DNA of 32,000 nucleotides from an uncultured Methanomicrobiales archaeon. Lineage in GTDB: Archaea > Halobacteriota > Methanomicrobia > Methanomicrobiales > Methanospirillaceae. The notes under the pieces were generated by a model. It searched no databases. It was not told where the DNA came from and worked only from the letters and a program-made list of their open reading frames with translations. Below, in pieces: positions 28,624-32,000 of the stretch. The DNA lies in contig OY969100.1 in assembly GCA_963697895.1 (NCBI GenBank), positions 333,085-365,084 of the forward strand, read 5' to 3'. The translations under genes were made by a program, and so were the position numbers. How positions within the stretch are numbered: position 1 is the stretch's first letter; each line of letters starts with the position of its first letter.

Positions 28624-31292
28624 CGAACGGGTGCAGGCATGTATCAGGAAACGGGGATTTATCGAACTCTCTGAGATTCAGGACCAGGCAATTCCCCGCG
28701 TACTTGCCGGTGATCACCTTCTCCTGATCGCGCCGACCGGCACGGGTAAGACCGAGAGTGCTATGCTGCCTGTCTTTAACGGAATGCTTTCACTACCGGC
28801 GGGCGGGTTCCGGGCGATCTACATCACACCCCTGCGATCCCTGAACCGGGATATGCTTCAGCGGCTGGAATGGTGGTGTCGTGAACTCGGGTTTTCGGTC
28901 GGTGTGCGGCACGGGGATACCCCGCTCTCCGAACGGCGCAGACAAGCCTTGAATCCCCCGGATCTGCTCATCACTACCCCGGAAACCCTCCAGGCAATCT
29001 TTATGGGAAAAGTGCTCCGGCGTCACCTGCAGCATGTCCGGTACATCATTGTCGATGAGATTCATGAACTGGCCGGAAGCAAACGGGGCGCTCAACTGGC
29101 AGTCGGTCTGGAACGACTGATCCCTTATGCGGGGGAGTTCCAACGTATCGGACTATCCGCAACGGTTGGGAACCCCGAGGATGTTGGCCGATTTCTCTGT
29201 GGAGCGCGGCCATTCCGGATCGTCCAGGTCCCTGTTGCCAAACATCTCGATATATCGGTCACATATCAGGGGGATTCGTTTGAACGTGAGGCGGCCTGGG
29301 TCGGGGATTCGATAGACAGGCACGGGTCCACACTGGTCTTTGTAAATACCCGGGTGACGGCCGAGGCGCTCGGGCATCAGCTTTTCTCCCGCGGGGATGT
29401 GGAAGTACACCATGGCTCGCTCTCGAAAGAAGTACGAATAGATGCGGAGGAACGGTTCAAATCAGGGAAAATTCATGCCCTGATCTGTACTTCATCGATG
29501 GAACTCGGGATCGATATCGGTCATATAGAGCATGTGATCCAGTTTGGCTCCCCGCGTGAAGTCGCCCGCCTCGTCCAGCGGGTAGGAAGGGCGGGACATC
29601 AGACTTCACACGGTTTCGCGGGGGACCATCCTTGCGACCGGATTTTCCGATCTCCTCGAGTCGCTTGTGATCGCACGCAAAGCAAAGGAAAACGAGGTCG
29701 AACCAGTCCTGTTGCACATTAATGCCGCGGATGTGATGGCAAACCAGGTTGCGGCGATGGCGGTGGAATATGGCGAGATTGAAAAGACCCGGGTTCTCGC
29801 GTGCCTTGAGCGGACCGCTCTTTTTCCCGTGTGTGCACCGCTCCTGGACCAGGTCTGTTCCCAGATGGCGGAGCACCGGCTTATTCGCATTGAGGGATCG
29901 CGAATCATAACCACTGCCCGCGCCCGGAGATATCTCTCCCTGAATCTTTCCATGATCCACGATGAGCGAAAAGTCCCGGTATTCGATATGGTCTCACGCC
30001 GCACGGTCGGAACGCTCGACGAATCGTTTGTTGTCGGATGGATTCATACCGGCGCGATCTTTATAACAAAAGGGCAGCTCTGGCGGGTCCTCGACATGGA
30101 AAACGGGCAGATCACCGTCGAACCGGCAAAACGCGCTAAAGGAGAACTCCCGTCCTGGGAAGGAGAGCAGATCCCGGTCCCCTATAGTGTCGCGGAGGAG
30201 GTCGGGGAGTTCAGGAGAACTCGGGCGGTTAAGAACTACACCCGGGAAGAGAATTCCATATCATTTGCTCTCCGTTATCTGGAAGAAATGGATAAGAATC
30301 GCTCTGCCGTGCCTGACGATACCTGCATCGTCCTCGAAAATGCACCAGAAGGTGTTATCGTCAATGTATGCGCCGGCCATAAAGCAAATGAGGCCCTTGC
30401 ACGGGTGCTCTCCATCCTGATCTCTGCTCGCTATGGCACTACCGTGGGGATCGAAGTGGATGCCTATCGTATTTATCTGAGGCTCCCCGCCGATATCCGG
30501 GCAGCGGATGTCAGGGACCACCTGGTCGACCTGAACCCCGATCACCTGCAGGGAATTCTTCAGCTTGCAATGAAGAGAACTGCGCTTTTCAAATGGAAAC
30601 TGGTACAGATCGCCAAAAAATTCGGGGCGATCGATGCCGATGCCGACTATGAGCGGATCAGTATCCACCGGCTGACAGAACTCTTCGATAATACGGTTGT
30701 GCAGAGAGAGGCCTATCGCGAACTCTTTTCCGTGTACATGGACGTCGAAACGGCCGGGCGGGTTGTTCGGCGGATCCGGGAAGGGTACATTCGGGTGATG
30801 ACCGGACCGGTGAGCATACTCGGTGCTGAAGGCCTCTTCTCGTCCCGCGATCAGATGCAACCTCCATCTGTTGATCAGGCAGTGATCAGCACGCTGAAAC
30901 GGAGACTCGAAGAGCAGAACGTCATTCTGGCATGCATGAACTGCAGACAGTGGAAGAGCAGGACGGTCGTATCGCGGGTGCCGGAGAGGCCGATATGCCC
31001 GAAATGTGGTGCCCGCCTGATCGCCGTTCTCAAACCATGGGAAGAGGATCTCTATGCCCAGGCAAATAAGAAAAAAAAGACAGAAGAAGAGCGAAATATC
31101 GAGATACGCCTGATCAGGAATGCCAATATCGTCCTATCGAGTGGCAGGAAAGCGGCTGTTGCACTCGCGGGGAAAGGGGTAGGGCCCGATAATGCATCAC
31201 GGATCCTGGCCACCCTCGCCACCGGAGACACCTTTTACCGCGAGATTCTGAAGGCAGAGCGGAACTATATCCGCACCCATCGGTTCTGGTGA
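28601..31292 (+). pseudogene. lhr: Lhr-type superfamily-2 DNA helicase of about 896 aa, interrupted by a single +1 frame change at 29600-29606 (ORF halves 28601-29722 and 29601/29667-31292)
   Basis: Motif I is APTGTGKTE, motif II is VDEIHE, motif III is LSATVGN and motif VI is QRVGRAGH. After GRAGH(Q) the other frame continues (L)HTVSRGTILATGFSDLLESLVIARKAKENEVEPV.... The C-terminal zinc ribbon is CMNCRQW...CPKCGARL. A likely GTG start at 28601 (VNRIRHLDERV) has GGTGGAG upstream. Confidence 0.85.
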
Positions 31293-31364
31293 GGATTCCC
31301 ATAGGATTTTTCAAATCCGCGGAACCAAAATAATTAAGGTGATTTTGCCATATACTGAGTCAAT

Positions 31365-31553
31365 ATGTCGAAATGTGCCTGTCATCCGGATAAGGAAGGA
31401 ACGGGCACCTGTGCCGTCTGCCAGAAAACCTATTGCGAAAACTGCAGAGGAAGCAGATTCGGCATCTGCAATCGTTGCGGATTTAAAATCATGATCATCC
31501 TCCTAATCGTCATGGTGGTACTCTCGTACACCGTCTGGTTCGGAATTTTGTAG
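31365..31553 (+). CDS. Small Cys-rich (zinc-ribbon/B-box-like) tail-anchored membrane protein, 62 aa
   Basis: The Cys motif is CACHPDKEGTGTCAVCQKTYCENCRGSRFGICNRCG, followed by a TM helix (IMIILLIVMVVLSYTVWFGIL). An AT-rich TATA-like AAAATAATTAAGG lies about 30 nt upstream. Confidence 0.45.
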   Translation: MSKCACHPDKEGTGTCAVCQKTYCENCRGSRFGICNRCGFKIMIILLIVMVVLSYTVWFGIL

Positions 31554-31680
31554 GATGAAGTTCGGTTATTTCCCTATGGGCATGGAAAGTAAACCTATAT
31601 CAGCAATGGGAAACCGGAGAACAAGATCAGTAAACCGATCCGCAGATCCAAGGCACGATCTGGATGAATGAAGTCTGTGA

Positions 31681-31944
31681 TCTCCCCGCTGTAGTCCGTT
31701 TATTGCACGTTCGGAAGAAGCAAAAGAGACATCTTCATCAAATTGTCTCACAAGTACGGATACCCTGCTTGAATTGAACGGCCTTTCCACTGAGGCGAGA
31801 GGCGAAGATCGGAAAGATCCTTATTTTGATCTCGATCGTTCTCTTTGTTTCATCGGAATCGTCATTATCGTGGCTGTATCCCTTTTCCTGAATGCCATTG
31901 CTGCAGCACCTTATTTTGTTCTTCTTATTCTCGCGAGATCGTAG
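31681..31944 (+). CDS. Possible small tail-anchored membrane protein; start codon unclear
   Basis: The + frame reads ...EDRKDPYFDLDRSLCFIGIVIIVAVSLFLNAIAAAPYFVLLILARS*. This clean TM segment is much more protein-like than the two minus-strand ORFs listed here. There is no ATG in frame after the TGA at 31678, only TTG 31774. Confidence 0.2.
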   Translation, partial: SPRCSPFIARSEEAKETSSSNCLTSTDTLLELNGLSTEARGEDRKDPYFDLDRSLCFIGIVIIVAVSLFLNAIAAAPYFVLLILARS

Positions 31945-32000
31945 CGATCCTGAAGGGAGCGGGCCTCTTTGTCGGAATATTTGCCTTAAAAGCAAGCGAT

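Noticed and set aside
11592-29605. Quadruplet-codon decoding (for example CAGA read as one codon) as the explanation for the frame breaks
   Set aside because: CAGA is in the incoming frame at 11592 and 29600, but not at 14740 or in rfcS. An in-phase CAG ACT in the NMD3 gene (21766-21771) is read normally. No tRNA gene with an expanded anticodon loop, and no tRNA gene at all, is present in the window. The idea is kept only as a remote possibility under the motif finding.
31566-31995. Minus-strand ORFs 31566-31790 (74 aa) and 31738-31995 (85 aa)
   Set aside because: Their translations are Lys/Arg/Asn-rich and not protein-like. They look like the antisense of a TM-encoding + strand frame. No SD or promoter signal supports them.
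1-32000. CRISPR arrays, transposases, integrases, prophage or defence-island genes
   Set aside because: I saw no regularly spaced direct repeats and no ORF with recognisable transposase, integrase, Cas or restriction-enzyme motifs. The window is made up of housekeeping, replication and metabolic genes.

Overview
All calls rest on by-eye motif recognition; I ran no database search. The window reads as a gene-dense chromosomal segment of a methanogenic euryarchaeon, probably Methanomicrobiales-like and moderately GC-rich.

Gene content, left to right:
- A 5'-truncated ABCE1 ATPase.
- A large PKD-repeat surface protein.
- A Cys-type F420-dependent formate dehydrogenase operon (fdhA-fdhB).
- Two tandemly duplicated small TPR proteins that share a duplicated promoter.
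- A very large HTH-PAS one-component sensor.
- A small orphan protein.
- An AIR-synthase-related (PurM-superfamily) protein.
- A long minus-strand array: mptD, a TatD-like hydrolase, DUF424, an NMD3-like protein, a Trm5/Taw2-like methyltransferase, coaBC, archaeal pantoate kinase, phosphopantothenate synthetase, a divergent RFC-small paralogue and a SAM methyltransferase. Most neighbours abut or overlap; there are intergenic gaps after the TatD-like gene and after coaBC.
- An rfcS-mcm replication operon.
- A divergently transcribed operon of an RPA-associated OB-fold protein, a metallophosphoesterase and an Lhr-type helicase.
- One or two small tail-anchored proteins.

I found no rRNA, tRNA, CRISPR array or mobile element.

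The main finding concerns four otherwise well-conserved genes: the HTH-PAS sensor, the AIR-synthase-related protein, the canonical RFC small subunit and the Lhr helicase. Each is split by a single +1 frame change, meaning one extra base. None of these extra bases lies in a homopolymer. Three breaks fall inside the same hexamer, CAGACT. The fourth falls in CAGCT.

This could be a systematic sequencing or assembly artefact, a motif-linked mutation process, or a recoding event. Sequence alone cannot decide between them. The break in the canonical rfcS gene makes plain pseudogenisation unlikely.
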